DNA from: an uncultured Gammaproteobacteria bacterium
GTDB lineage: Bacteria > Pseudomonadota > Gammaproteobacteria > CAMYKB01
Length of the DNA stretch: 35,628 bases
NCBI GenBank assembly: GCA_947258875.1
Contig: CAMYKB010000021.1
Span: 1 to 35,628, forward strand
Direction: 5' to 3'
The notes under the pieces are model-generated. The model did not search any database and had not been told where the DNA came from. It worked only from the letters and a program-made list of their open reading frames with translations. Each line of letters begins with the position of its first letter. The first letter of the stretch is position 1. A program made the translations under genes and the position numbers. This document shows, in pieces, positions 10,153 to 19,856 of the stretch.

Positions 10153-12204
10153 CTATACCGCTTTTAAGTTGAATTTCAGCAACTGTTCGATCGGGAAAGG
10201 CGCCATAATGCCATAACCCTGAGCATAGTCGACACCAATCTCATTGAGGCTATTAAGTATGTCTTCATTTTCCACAAACTCGGCAATCGTCTGTATACCC
10301 ATAACATGACCTATGTCGTTAATGGAATTTACCATGGCCATATCAATTGGGTCCTGGATGATATCCTTTACGAATAGTCCATCTATCTTGATAAAATCAA
10401 CCGGCAAATTCTTCAGATAACCAAATGAAGAAAGGCCGCTACCGAAATCATCCAATGAGAACTGGCAACCGAGCTTCTTGAGCGCACTCATCAACCTGCA
10501 CGCATTCTTTAAATTTGCAATAGCCGCTGTTTCAGTTACCTCGAAACATATACTATTTGGCACAATGGAAAATTGCGCCAGTAACGATGTAATGAATTCC
10601 TGCAATCCTTCATCGCTCAAAGAAGCACCTGAAAGATTGATGGAAAAGGTAGGATTCCCCTGCCACACACTTTTTGGCATGTTTTCCGACATAAAACGCA
10701 AGCTGTTTGTGATCACCCATTTATCTATCTCTGTCATCAGATTATAGCGCTCGGCAGCGGGTATAAAGGCTCCGGGCGGTATTAGTTCACCCGTCTGTGA
10801 CTGCATACGTACCAACACTTCAAAATGTCTGGCTGGTAACACGTGATTCTTGACTGAGACAATAGGCTGGCAGTACAGCACAAAGCGGTCTTCTTCCAGC
10901 GCCTTAGTGATACGCGAAACCCATTGCATTTCACCGTGCCGTTTAACGAGTTCTACATCATTCGGCTCATACATATTGACACGATTCCTGCCCATATCCT
11001 TAGCCGCGTAACAGGCCGCATCAGCGGCACTCAATATGGCTGGCACCCCACTGCTGTCTTTTGTGATTGAGACAACACCAATACTCGCGCCTAAGCTAAA
11101 GATATTATCCTGCCACTTAAAGCGGTAGCTCTGTATCGTTTCACGCAGGTGATGCCCGATTTGCATTGCCTTGCTGGGGCGACAATATTGCAACAAGACA
11201 CCAAATTCATCACCGCCCAGACGTGCCAGAGTGTCTCCCTCGCGCAGCACCCTGCTCAGAACCGTACTAAGCTGTCGGAGCAACTCATCACCCGCAACAT
11301 GCCCACAGGTGTCATTTACTATCTTAAATTGGTCGAGATCCAAATATAACAAGGTATGATGCGCGTTCTCTTGCCATGCACTCTCAAGCGAGAAAGCGAC
11401 ACGATTTTCGAATTCACGGCGATTGATTAATCCTGTAAGGCCATCATGATGTGCGTGATAACTAAAGCGTTCTTTTTCCTCGAATAACGCCTGCTCGGTG
11501 TCCTTATGTTTATCTATCTCAGCAATGAGTTTATCCTGATACTGTTGAATTGCTGCATGCATTTTGGCGAAACTTTGCACCAGATCACCGATTTCATCCT
11601 TAGTGGATACAGGCAGTCTGAGTTCGAAATCACCATCAGCGATACAATCCGACGCCATTGCCAACTCTTTTACCGGGCGCCTCACAATCAGTTCCAGCGT
11701 TAAGGCGATAGCAGCAAAGAATAGCAGCAACAGTATGGTTAGCGCCCCGACAAAATACAGCTGTAATTCCTCAATAGACGCAATGGACTCTGACATGTCT
11801 ACCGTAAGATCAAGTGAGCCGAGAGAATAATCCAGGTATGAGATCGATTGTTGCAAGGAATAACGGGTTTCACTCACGGTGACTATTTGCGGCGCCGTCA
11901 GTGGATACAACAAATTACCTTCCGCATTATAAAGATACAAATATTCCCAGCTTGGGTTTTTTTCCAACAACGTGTCAAGATTACCGAAAATTGTAGCCAA
12001 CTGATTCTCAAGCATCAGCGGTACCAGCCCTTCAGCTACACTTCTTAAGTGCGCGTGCAAATAATCTTGATGTTGCTGCTCGGCATGCAAGAGCAGTTTG
12101 GGCAACCAGTAATAGTGAGCGTACCCACCAAGCGACAGGCTGAATATTATCAGAGGAATAAACAACTTGGTCCGCAGATTCATCCGCTGATTAACTTTGT
12201 ACAT
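10153..12204 (-). CDS. membrane-bound HAMP-GGDEF-EAL protein (diguanylate cyclase/phosphodiesterase)
   Basis: Two TM segments flank a roughly 130-aa periplasmic region, followed by HAMP. The GGDEF domain has an intact RLGGDEFGV motif and an RxxD I-site (REGD). The EAL domain has an EVL variant plus DDFGSG and EVTE catalytic motifs. Codon usage is AT-rich compared with the core. Confidence 0.9.
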   Translation of the reverse strand: MYKVNQRMNLRTKLFIPLIIFSLSLGGYAHYYWLPKLLLHAEQQHQDYLHAHLRSVAEGLVPLMLENQLATIFGNLDTLLEKNPSWEYLYLYNAEGNLLYPLTAPQIVTVSETRYSLQQSISYLDYSLGSLDLTVDMSESIASIEELQLYFVGALTILLLLFFAAIALTLELIVRRPVKELAMASDCIADGDFELRLPVSTKDEIGDLVQSFAKMHAAIQQYQDKLIAEIDKHKDTEQALFEEKERFSYHAHHDGLTGLINRREFENRVAFSLESAWQENAHHTLLYLDLDQFKIVNDTCGHVAGDELLRQLSTVLSRVLREGDTLARLGGDEFGVLLQYCRPSKAMQIGHHLRETIQSYRFKWQDNIFSLGASIGVVSITKDSSGVPAILSAADAACYAAKDMGRNRVNMYEPNDVELVKRHGEMQWVSRITKALEEDRFVLYCQPIVSVKNHVLPARHFEVLVRMQSQTGELIPPGAFIPAAERYNLMTEIDKWVITNSLRFMSENMPKSVWQGNPTFSINLSGASLSDEGLQEFITSLLAQFSIVPNSICFEVTETAAIANLKNACRLMSALKKLGCQFSLDDFGSGLSSFGYLKNLPVDFIKIDGLFVKDIIQDPIDMAMVNSINDIGHVMGIQTIAEFVENEDILNSLNEIGVDYAQGYGIMAPFPIEQLLKFNLKAV

Positions 12205-12255
12205 TACAACCCATATTATCGCCAGTCATGACTTGGTTTTCCTGCAACGGCATTA

Positions 12256-13122
12256 CTATTGGTCAATATAGAAGGCTTCGAGTCCGAGTTTTTTCAAAGT
12301 ATCGTAATCCTGCAATGAAGCAGGCATCACATTTTTCATCGGGATTTTCGCCAGTAGCGCACGGCCAGCTGGGTCGTCCGCCATCGCCAGCAATTCCTCC
12401 TGCACGCGAGCACGATCAACCGCCGGGACCCGTGGGTGCGCAGCCACCGGATGCGTGGGTAATCCATCGGCGCGGTATAGCACCCGTATTTTATTCCGTA
12501 TCAATTCATCTTGTGATTCCAAGGTACTGGCAACGCCGCATCCGGCAATCATAAGATTTTGGGCCACATGCAGATATACCGAGCTATGTGTCTGCACGTA
12601 TTTTGGTATTACACTGATATTCGATTTGGCAAAATAAGCCCGTGGAACCAATGATGCACCTAATGCATTGGGTGACGGAAATGCGATTTCTTTGCCGTGT
12701 AGTTCTGAAACCGATCTGATTGGGCTGTCTTTGGCCACGACCACAACCCCTGTTAATGTGCGATCACTATCGCGTACCAGAGGAATATAGCCCTGCGAAT
12801 CGGCGCCCTGAACGATGTGATAGGGATTGGTGTAGGCAAAATCAAAGCCACCTTCCATCAGTTTTTTTGAAAAAGCCGGTATCTTGGGCATGCCGATCAG
12901 GCGAAACGAGAAGCCCGTCCTTGCTTCAAGATCATCCAGTATTGGCCGCCATACACGAAATATTTTGCGTTGCTCAAACTGGGGAACGACGCCAAATGAG
13001 TATACCGGCCTTTGTTCACGCTCACTCACTTTTAGCGGGGCTTGCGCCAGCGATCCCGTCGCGCCACTTAGCAATAGTAGCCATACGATGAGGCCGGGCA
13101 ATATGCGCATCAATTTACTCAT
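12256..13122 (-). CDS. periplasmic substrate-binding protein, PhnD/phosphonate-binding family (orphan, no permease or ATPase)
   Basis: It has a signal peptide. The pattern YSFGVVPQFEQRKIFRVWRPILDDLEARTGF ... FAYTNPYHIVQ is typical of the PF12974 phosphate/phosphite/phosphonate SBP fold. Its stop is 51 bp upstream of the GGDEF-EAL start on the same strand. Confidence 0.8.
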   Translation of the reverse strand: MSKLMRILPGLIVWLLLLSGATGSLAQAPLKVSEREQRPVYSFGVVPQFEQRKIFRVWRPILDDLEARTGFSFRLIGMPKIPAFSKKLMEGGFDFAYTNPYHIVQGADSQGYIPLVRDSDRTLTGVVVVAKDSPIRSVSELHGKEIAFPSPNALGASLVPRAYFAKSNISVIPKYVQTHSSVYLHVAQNLMIAGCGVASTLESQDELIRNKIRVLYRADGLPTHPVAAHPRVPAVDRARVQEELLAMADDPAGRALLAKIPMKNVMPASLQDYDTLKKLGLEAFYIDQ

Positions 13123-13722
13123 ACATAGTTATCTCCATGTAGCACATCAAACTTCAATAGAGTAGCTGCTTTATTATTGACATATAGATTTTATACAGAT
13201 AAACATTCACCCAAAACCAGCATCTGCTAGAACCCATGGCGTCGGTTATCATGGCAATCGCGCTCAGCGACATTGAGCCGCTTCAGCCCATATATCGGCA
13301 CTGGGAAGGCTAACTTTAACTAAGCCCCGCAACTTCAGGGTATAGAGCGCGTCAGCATGATCATTTCCATACCATCAGGACGCGTTATCTCAGAATATAT
13401 ACATCCTCGGCATAGCTATAAAAGCATTCCTTAGGAGACTTAAGCAACCACAATCGTCTGAGCCTTGTAGTATTTGATATCGATTGTGATACTGTGCTGA
13501 AGCACTGCCAACACGAGACCGTTTTCTTTATAGAGATGCACGTCGCGGACAAGGCAGTAGGGATGGCCAAGCAATATGGGCGCCGGCCAACTGCTGCACT
13601 ATAAAGAAATTTATTGGAAAAAATATTCCAGCAAGACAGTCGCGCGCCTCACCAGATCATTTGTAGTGAGCGCGGCAGATGATAAACTCTTTCGAGCGCA
13701 AAGCACCAGGTTAGGTGATTCT

Positions 13723-14172
13723 TCATACGCCTAGCATCCATAGATGTTTCCTACGGTGATACGTGAGAGATAACGAAATACAGTGCTTTAACTCTTCTAC
13801 AGGAACTTCGTCTTTTTCGTGAAATATAATTGCTCTATTGCCTTCAAATTTGAATTTATCTTGATATAACTCTTTAAACGTATCAACCAGCTTGGTTTTA
13901 CAATGAAATAACATTGCGTATTGTTTTGGTTTATTTTTTTTCCAGCCAATCCTTATGGTGCTGCCTGCTTTTGTAACATAACTTGGCTCTCCCCACTTCA
14001 ACGTTTCTTCAAGGTCATCAACCCCATCCACCACTGATGCCGCCTCAAAGACTAATTGACGAAGAAACATTAGCTTACTGCGTATACTCTCTGGATAAGA
14101 ATTAAAAATCTCTGCTACTTCAGGATTTCTTATTCTCGTCACCTTCCTAAATCCTTCTGTTACACATATCAC
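13723..14172 (-). CDS. DUF1801 (YdhG-like) family protein
   Basis: The residue pattern (EETLKWGEPSYVTKAGSTIRIGWKK...MLFHCKT...NRAIIFHEKDEVPVEELKHCI) resembles DUF1801. The ORF is very AT-rich and flanked by AT-rich non-coding DNA. Confidence 0.5.
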   Translation of the reverse strand: MICVTEGFRKVTRIRNPEVAEIFNSYPESIRSKLMFLRQLVFEAASVVDGVDDLEETLKWGEPSYVTKAGSTIRIGWKKNKPKQYAMLFHCKTKLVDTFKELYQDKFKFEGNRAIIFHEKDEVPVEELKHCISLSLTYHRRKHLWMLGV

Positions 14173-14507
14173 CCAAGCTCATGGGTTTTATTGCGTCACA
14201 CAACGCACAAAATTCCTGCGAAGCAATTTGCCATGCTTACTGTATGCAAGCTATTTTATTAGTTGTATAATTTTTTAAATAACGAATACATTACCCGAAA
14301 ATCCACCTTTACCAATACGCTGAGCAACGACCACACGAGCCTCTTCGAGCGGTTTGTTTTGCGCGCTTAAATCTGCCGCCTTAACGGGAATGCATATATT
14401 CTGTACAGGCTTCGCAGTTTACATTCCTATCTCGTTATTCAGGGTGTCGCTTCAAACTATTTCGTTCCCTGAGGTGCAATACAAATGTGTGTTGCGCCTC
14501 AGGCGGG

Positions 14508-15158
14508 CTATTTGATACGCCTTGCTTTAATAATGCGTTTCTTAATTAGTGAGTATGCAACAAAGAACCCTATAGCGAACAATAATATTGTAGAAGGTTC
14601 AGGCACAGAGGTGATATCAATCCATGCGCTGTCAACAGGACCAAACGTATCAATTAATCCATTACCAAAAGCATCTTCAAGCAAAAACAAATCGCCGGAA
14701 ACCAGCGCGGAGCCTGCCTGCATCGCAGTAAAGGTAATAGTAGCAAGCGTAAAACTTGTGCCCTGTAACATATCTAACGAAGAGCCGCCCAAGAGAGAGG
14801 TCTCTGTCAGATTAATAAAATCAGCTGCTTCCAGTACACTGATTTCCGTTTCTGTTGAGTTTGACACCCCGCCTGCAAAGTTAGTATCGGGTATTCCCAG
14901 GGAGGAACCAAAATCGACTGATTGAAAAGCCAGCTGAGGTGTAATAAATGTTAGATCAATATCAAATGCTGCCAGAGAAGGAGGGGCACCTGAATTGAGC
15001 CCGGAAACATTGAGGAAAATATCAATATCATCACCAATAAATGCCGACTGAAGGGTGGGCTCAAGCGATAAAGTGACTACAGCGTTTGCCGGACTGCTGA
15101 TAATAAAAATCGAGCAGCACAGCATGATAGAAGCGAGTGTATTGTTGCGAATGCGCAT
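14508..15158 (-). CDS. PEP-CTERM sorting-domain secreted protein
   Basis: N-terminal signal peptide (SSPANA). The C-terminus VPEPSTILLFAIGFFVAYSLIKKRIIKARR is the PEP motif plus a TM helix plus a basic tail, i.e. an exosortase substrate signature. Confidence 0.8.
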   Translation of the reverse strand: MRIRNNTLASIMLCCSIFIISSPANAVVTLSLEPTLQSAFIGDDIDIFLNVSGLNSGAPPSLAAFDIDLTFITPQLAFQSVDFGSSLGIPDTNFAGGVSNSTETEISVLEAADFINLTETSLLGGSSLDMLQGTSFTLATITFTAMQAGSALVSGDLFLLEDAFGNGLIDTFGPVDSAWIDITSVPEPSTILLFAIGFFVAYSLIKKRIIKARRIK

Positions 15159-15593
15159 GACTTATACCCCCATGAAAATGCTAATGATTAGCTTAATGAA
15201 TCAAGAGTGTTCACGCAGTTATGCCTGCATGGTCAACTTCAGCTACAGCTAAAACATGTACGGCGCGGGGTGAGAGAAAATTTATTCCAGCCTGGCCGTT
15301 AAAAATGACCAGGTTTCAGTCTGTTTATCAGGCATATATCAGGCCAGCACGGGGTTCTCTAACAAATTCAGCAGCTTACTTATTTTTCTTAATCTGCATT
15401 TTATCCGTAATGTAAGGTATATCGACACTGGCCATATGCAATCTGCTAGGGCTAACGAACAGGATGCATATACCAGGGGCATAATTTTCTTTTCTTTCAA
15501 TACGATAACTAGTCGCGCTACTTAGTGCTTAACGGTCATCGCCATGTAAATTTATCCGACACTAAAAAGTTATTATCCTGGCGGCTATACAGC

Positions 15594-16058
15594 TTACATC
15601 ATTGATTGCTGATAATTTTCGAGGCCCACTTTCTCGATCAACTCAAGCTGGGTCTCAAGCCAATCGATGTGTTCTTCCTCACTTTCCAATATATCCTCAA
15701 ACAACTCGCGCGATACGTAATCAGCCACGCCCTCACAATGCGCTATAGCTTCACGCAACACTGGTAATGCATTCACTTCGAGCTTGAGATCACAAGCAAG
15801 CATTTCTTTCGTATTTTCACCAATCATCAACCTGCCGATATCCTGCAGATTAGGCAGCCCCTCCAAAAACAGGATACGTTCGATAAGGGCATCGGCATGC
15901 TTCATTTCATCAATAGATTCGTGATACTCCTTTTCATTGAGTTTTTCGAAGCCCCAGTTCTTGTACATCCGCGCATGCAGAAAATACTGGTTGATAGCCG
16001 TGAGCTCGTTAATCAATGCCTTGTTGAGGTACTCAATGACTTTAGCGTCGCCTTTCAT
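15594..16058 (-). CDS. bfr: bacterioferritin
   Basis: Start reassigned to [15 protein letters not shown], with GGAGG 8 nt upstream. It has ferroxidase-centre Glu/His ligands and a conserved heme Met. 154 aa. The track start 22 codons upstream is rejected. Confidence 0.9.
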   Translation of the reverse strand: MKGDAKVIEYLNKALINELTAINQYFLHARMYKNWGFEKLNEKEYHESIDEMKHADALIERILFLEGLPNLQDIGRLMIGENTKEMLACDLKLEVNALPVLREAIAHCEGVADYVSRELFEDILESEEEHIDWLETQLELIEKVGLENYQQSMM

Positions 16059-16211
16059 GACCTGGGCCTCCAGCTTGATATTATTGTGTCTTATTAAGTG
16101 ACGAAAACGGGTGTACCGCGCCAATGCTTATCCTGAATGTAGCACAGTATTTGAATAGCACAGCGGGGAATGAAGAGATGTTACAGACGGGTAGAGGGTT
16201 TTTAAAGCAAT

Positions 16212-16421
16212 TCAGGCTGGAGCACCCAGCTCAGCGCAGTTCTCCATAGCAGCAAGTTCGTTAAGGGTTTCACAAATGACCCGTTTGGCGCATTTACCGC
16301 ATTTGCCACAACCGGTAGCTACGCCTAGCCGCTGACTCACCTCACGTAGTGAGCACGCACCATCACATACTTCTTGGCGGATCTGGGTGTCTGAGACCGC
16401 ATGGCAGATACACACATACAT
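16212..16421 (-). CDS. bfd: bacterioferritin-associated ferredoxin (BFD-like [2Fe-2S])
   Basis: MYVCICHAVSD...CGKCGKC four-Cys pattern. An AGGAAA Shine-Dalgarno precedes the internal ATG at 16421. It lies upstream of and co-oriented with bfr. Confidence 0.8.
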   Translation of the reverse strand: MYVCICHAVSDTQIRQEVCDGACSLREVSQRLGVATGCGKCGKCAKRVICETLNELAAMENCAELGAPA

Positions 16422-16462
16422 AAGCGCTTTCCTGGGTTTCATTACAATTGGGGCATATTAAT

Positions 16463-16481
16463 GCAAATGAGAATGATTGTC
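16463..16481. promoter_or_regulatory. Fur-box-like site upstream of bfd
   Basis: gcaAATGAGAATGATTGTC matches the Fur consensus GATAATGATAATCATTATC at 14 of 19 positions (13 of 16 in the core). It lies about 45 bp upstream of the bfd start. bfd is classically Fur-repressed. Confidence 0.4.
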
Positions 16482-16875
16482 AATTAGATTCTCGTCCCGA
16501 TGCCAATCGTTGAAGACAACGAACGGCGTCCTCGGCCAGAGCAGGCAATATTCCTGTTACAGCGTCCAATCAACATGTCGCCCGAGTCGGTTACCGCGGG
16601 CTTGAGCATCAGCAGCAGACCTTCGATTGAGACAGCAATGAGGATGGCGGCCATGAAGAATTCGATGACCGCTGACAAGCACAGATGTTCTGCTTCAGCT
16701 CGGAGCTGGTAGCCAAACGCACCGAAAAACTGGATGACGTTAACTTCAATTATTCCTTGCAGTCACTGTGCCCGATCAACTAGCAGAAGGCGCCCAAAAC
16801 CGACGCTGAAGTAGTGATTCGCGCGCCAACATCCGGCGCGAATCATGTCAAACAAAGGATTTGTTGGAATAGGTT

Positions 16876-17838
16876 CTAAACACAGGCGCTCACCTGGCCG
16901 TGCAACTGTAAGGTTCCGGTCAGTTCGCTGACGCTTGCGATATTATGTTGATCAAGATAGTCAACAATACCCTGGTTGATTTTTTTGCACAGCAGCGGGT
17001 CATAAAACAGACCGGTGCCCAATCCGACAGTAGTTGCGCCCGCGATTAGAAATTCCAGCGCGTCCTTTGCATTCATCACACCGCCCTGGCCGATAATGGG
17101 GATGTTGTGCGCCTTGCAAACCTGATAGACCTCGTGCACCTTGAACAAGGCGATGGGTTTGATTGCCGGGCCGGACAATCCACCCTGGTTGTTGCCGATA
17201 ACCGGGGTGCGCGATTCGATATCCACCGCCATGCCCATTAGGGTGTTAATCACGGCAAAGCCATCGGTGCCGGCCTCAATACAGCGCCGCGCGTTTTCCT
17301 TGATGTCGGTCTGGTTCGGTGACAGCTTGGTGATCAGTGGCTTGCTCGTGGCCTTGCGACAGGCCTCGACCACACGCGCGGACATGTCCGGGTCGTTACC
17401 AAAAGCAACGCCACCTTCTTTGACGTTGGGACAGGAAATGTTGATCTCCATGGCATCGATGGGTGAATCGTCGAAGCGTCGCGTGACCTCGAAATATTCC
17501 TCCACTGTGGAGCCGGAGACATTGGCGATATAGCGGGTTTCGGAGAAGTCCAGCTGCGGCAGGTAATCGCTGATGACCTTGTCGACACCGGGGTTCTGTA
17601 ATCCAATGGCATTGAGCATCCCCATCGGCGTCTCGTAGACACGGTGCGGCGGATTGCCTGATCTCGGCGCCAGGGTGGTGCCCTTAAGGCATATAGCACC
17701 GACATCCTGATTGGAATAGCCCTCAACCCGGGTATACTCTTCGCCGAAACCCACACAGCCGGACAGCAACACCAGCGGTGTGGCCAGTGGCATTCCACAG
17801 AAATCGAGCGCAAGTTTTTTAGCCTGGTCAGCCTGCAT
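16876..17838 (-). CDS. pyrD: dihydroorotate dehydrogenase, class 1 (PyrD 1B-like catalytic subunit)
   Basis: Very close to Bacillus PyrD (1B) throughout. Shared motifs include SGCVGFGEEY, GMLNAIGLQNPG, NISCPNVKEGG (catalytic Cys) and GGLSGPAIKPIAL. No PyrK partner is present in the window. Confidence 0.8.
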   Translation of the reverse strand: MQADQAKKLALDFCGMPLATPLVLLSGCVGFGEEYTRVEGYSNQDVGAICLKGTTLAPRSGNPPHRVYETPMGMLNAIGLQNPGVDKVISDYLPQLDFSETRYIANVSGSTVEEYFEVTRRFDDSPIDAMEINISCPNVKEGGVAFGNDPDMSARVVEACRKATSKPLITKLSPNQTDIKENARRCIEAGTDGFAVINTLMGMAVDIESRTPVIGNNQGGLSGPAIKPIALFKVHEVYQVCKAHNIPIIGQGGVMNAKDALEFLIAGATTVGLGTGLFYDPLLCKKINQGIVDYLDQHNIASVSELTGTLQLHGQVSACV

Positions 17839-18301
17839 GTTTCATATTGTACTTTATCAACCCGAGATTCCGCCAAACACGGGTAATATTATCCGGCTTT
17901 GCGCCAATTCCGGCAGCAAGTTGCATCTTATCCATCCGCTGGGCTTTGAGCTGGATGATAAAAAGTTGCGACGCGCAGGACTTGATTACAAAGAGTGGGC
18001 CCAGGTACAGGATTATCCAACACTGCAGGACTTTATAACAGCCGTTAAACCTGCACGTCTGTTTGCCTGTTCCACCAAGGGCAAACAAAGCTACGCGGAT
18101 ACGCAATTCATCGAAGGCGATGCATTCTTGTTCGGCCCGGAAACGCGTGGTTTGCCCATGGAGATCCTGGGCAATATTGAATCCCAACAAGTGTTGCGTA
18201 TCCCGATGGTGGCGGCAAGCCGTAGCCTTAACCTCTCCAATGCTGCTGCCATTATCCTCTATGAGGCCTGGCGGCAGAATGGTTTTGCGGGCTCGGGTTA
18301 G
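17837..18301 (+). CDS. trmL: tRNA (cytidine/uridine-2'-O)-methyltransferase TrmL (SpoU family)
   Basis: [26 protein letters not shown] aligns with the E. coli TrmL N-terminus [26 protein letters not shown]. About 154 aa. The start overlaps the divergent pyrD start (CATG). Confidence 0.85.
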   Translation: [154 protein letters not shown]

Positions 18302-18311
18302 TTAATGACGC

Positions 18312-19319
18312 TCAGGCGGTTTCCGGCTTGAGGTCTCTGCCCAGCAAGTTGGCTACTGTCGCTTCAGGGCTCTGCGCTTCATAAAGAATTTTGAACACCT
18401 GCTCACAGATCGGCATCTCAACGTTGTGCGCAGTGGCAACCCGCATGATCACCTTGGCGGTAACCGCGCCCTCCACGGCTTGCCCGATTTCTCGAATCGC
18501 TTCATCCTTGTTCTGACCGCGGCCCAGCGCCAGACCCAGGCGCCGATTACGCGACTGGTCGTCGGTGCAGGTCAACACCAGGTCGCCAAGTCCGGCAAGG
18601 CCCATCAATGTATCGTTGCTCGCTCCCACTACACTTCCAAGGCGCATGATTTCGCTCAGTCCACGGGTAATAAGTGCGGCACGAGCATTCGCGCCGAAGC
18701 CTAATCCGTCGGAAACTCCGGTGGCTATGGCGAGTACGTTTTTGACGGAACCACCCAGTTCGACACCCACAACATCATCACTGGTGTACACACGGAAGTT
18801 CTGGCCGTGAAACAATCCAGCAACTCGTTGGGCATAGACCGGGCTGAAAGAACCCACCGTGACGGCCGTTGGCAAGCCCCGCGCAACCTCTTTTGCAAAC
18901 GATGGTCCGGACAACAGGGCATAGGGAATATCCCCATCAAGTTCCTCTTCGACCACCTCATGAAGCCATTTTCCGGTTTCAACCTCCAGGCCCTTGGTGG
19001 CCCAAATCATGCCGCTGCCTTGGCGAATATCACCGCTGGCTATAGCTGTCTTCAAGGTTTGGCGAAAGAACTCGCTGGGAACAACCAGTAGGATGTCCTT
19101 GGCCATGGCAAGCGCCACTTCCAGTGAGGCCGTAGGTTCGACCCCTGCAGGTAAGGGGGTACCGGGTAAATAACGTTTGTTTTCACGGTCGGCCGAAAGC
19201 GCCTCTATGTGTTCACTAAAATGATCCCACAACAGGCAACGATGACCATTATTGGCCAGCTGTATCGCCAGCGCCGTGCCCCAGGAGCCGGCACCCAGTA
19301 CCGCGATTGTTTCCGTCAT
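18312..19319 (-). CDS. gpsA: NAD(P)H-dependent glycerol-3-phosphate dehydrogenase
   Basis: VLGAGSWGTALA Rossmann motif. Full-length GpsA similarity. Sits downstream of secB as in E. coli. Confidence 0.95.
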   Translation of the reverse strand: MTETIAVLGAGSWGTALAIQLANNGHRCLLWDHFSEHIEALSADRENKRYLPGTPLPAGVEPTASLEVALAMAKDILLVVPSEFFRQTLKTAIASGDIRQGSGMIWATKGLEVETGKWLHEVVEEELDGDIPYALLSGPSFAKEVARGLPTAVTVGSFSPVYAQRVAGLFHGQNFRVYTSDDVVGVELGGSVKNVLAIATGVSDGLGFGANARAALITRGLSEIMRLGSVVGASNDTLMGLAGLGDLVLTCTDDQSRNRRLGLALGRGQNKDEAIREIGQAVEGAVTAKVIMRVATAHNVEMPICEQVFKILYEAQSPEATVANLLGRDLKPETA

Positions 19320-19335
19320 CAGCCTTTACTCTACT

Positions 19336-19821
19336 TCAATGAGTGGCGTCGCTCTGATCAACTTGCTGTTGTTTAGTACGCTCCTGATGCTGCGCGTAGA
19401 GCGCGTCGAAATTGACTGGTGCCAGAATCAACTGCGGGAACCCACCCTTGCTAATGAGTTCGGAAATGGCCTCGCGTGCATACGGAAACAAAACGTTCGG
19501 ACAGTAACTGCCGAGTGCGTGACCCATTTGTTGCTCATTGAGCCCGCTCAACCTAAAAATCCCGGCTTGCTTAACTTCGATCAGAAACGCAGTTTCCTCG
19601 TCATGCTTTGCGGTTACAGTGATATCCAGCACTACCTCATATAGCGTGTCATTCACTTTTGTCGCGTTGCTGCTGAGGTTTACATTGACGTCCGGCTTCC
19701 ATTCGCGGGTAAAAACACTCGGCGAATTCGGTGACTCAAACGAGACATCTTTTAGAAAGATTTTTTGTATTTCGAGTTGTGGCTGGGCAACTTCACTGCC
19801 TTGTGGCTTCTGTTCGGTCAT
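19336..19821 (-). CDS. secB: protein-export chaperone SecB
   Basis: 161 aa. The SecB fold signature is present throughout, with an acidic C-terminal tail. Confidence 0.93.
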   Translation of the reverse strand: MTEQKPQGSEVAQPQLEIQKIFLKDVSFESPNSPSVFTREWKPDVNVNLSSNATKVNDTLYEVVLDITVTAKHDEETAFLIEVKQAGIFRLSGLNEQQMGHALGSYCPNVLFPYAREAISELISKGGFPQLILAPVNFDALYAQHQERTKQQQVDQSDATH

Positions 19822-19856
19822 CGATAGGTTTTCCTGATTACTTAATAACTAGATTT

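Noticed and set aside
12228-12637. Plus-strand ORFs (108 aa and 60 aa) opposite the phnD-like gene
   Set aside because: They are shadow ORFs in alternative frames of a homology-supported CDS.
14468-14503. 12-bp stem hairpin immediately 3' of the PEP-CTERM gene
   Set aside because: No U-run follows on the relevant strand, so it is not a canonical intrinsic terminator. It is noted only as a structure.
16484-16678. 64-aa hydrophobic-N-terminus ORF in the bfd-pyrD gap
   Set aside because: It has no Shine-Dalgarno, low complexity, and overlaps the Fur-box/promoter region of bfd. It is probably spurious.
17334-17876. 180-aa ORF overlapping pyrD on the same strand in another frame
   Set aside because: pyrD is supported by residue-level homology across its length. 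The alternative frame is Arg/Pro/Trp-rich in a way typical of off-frame GC-rich sequence.
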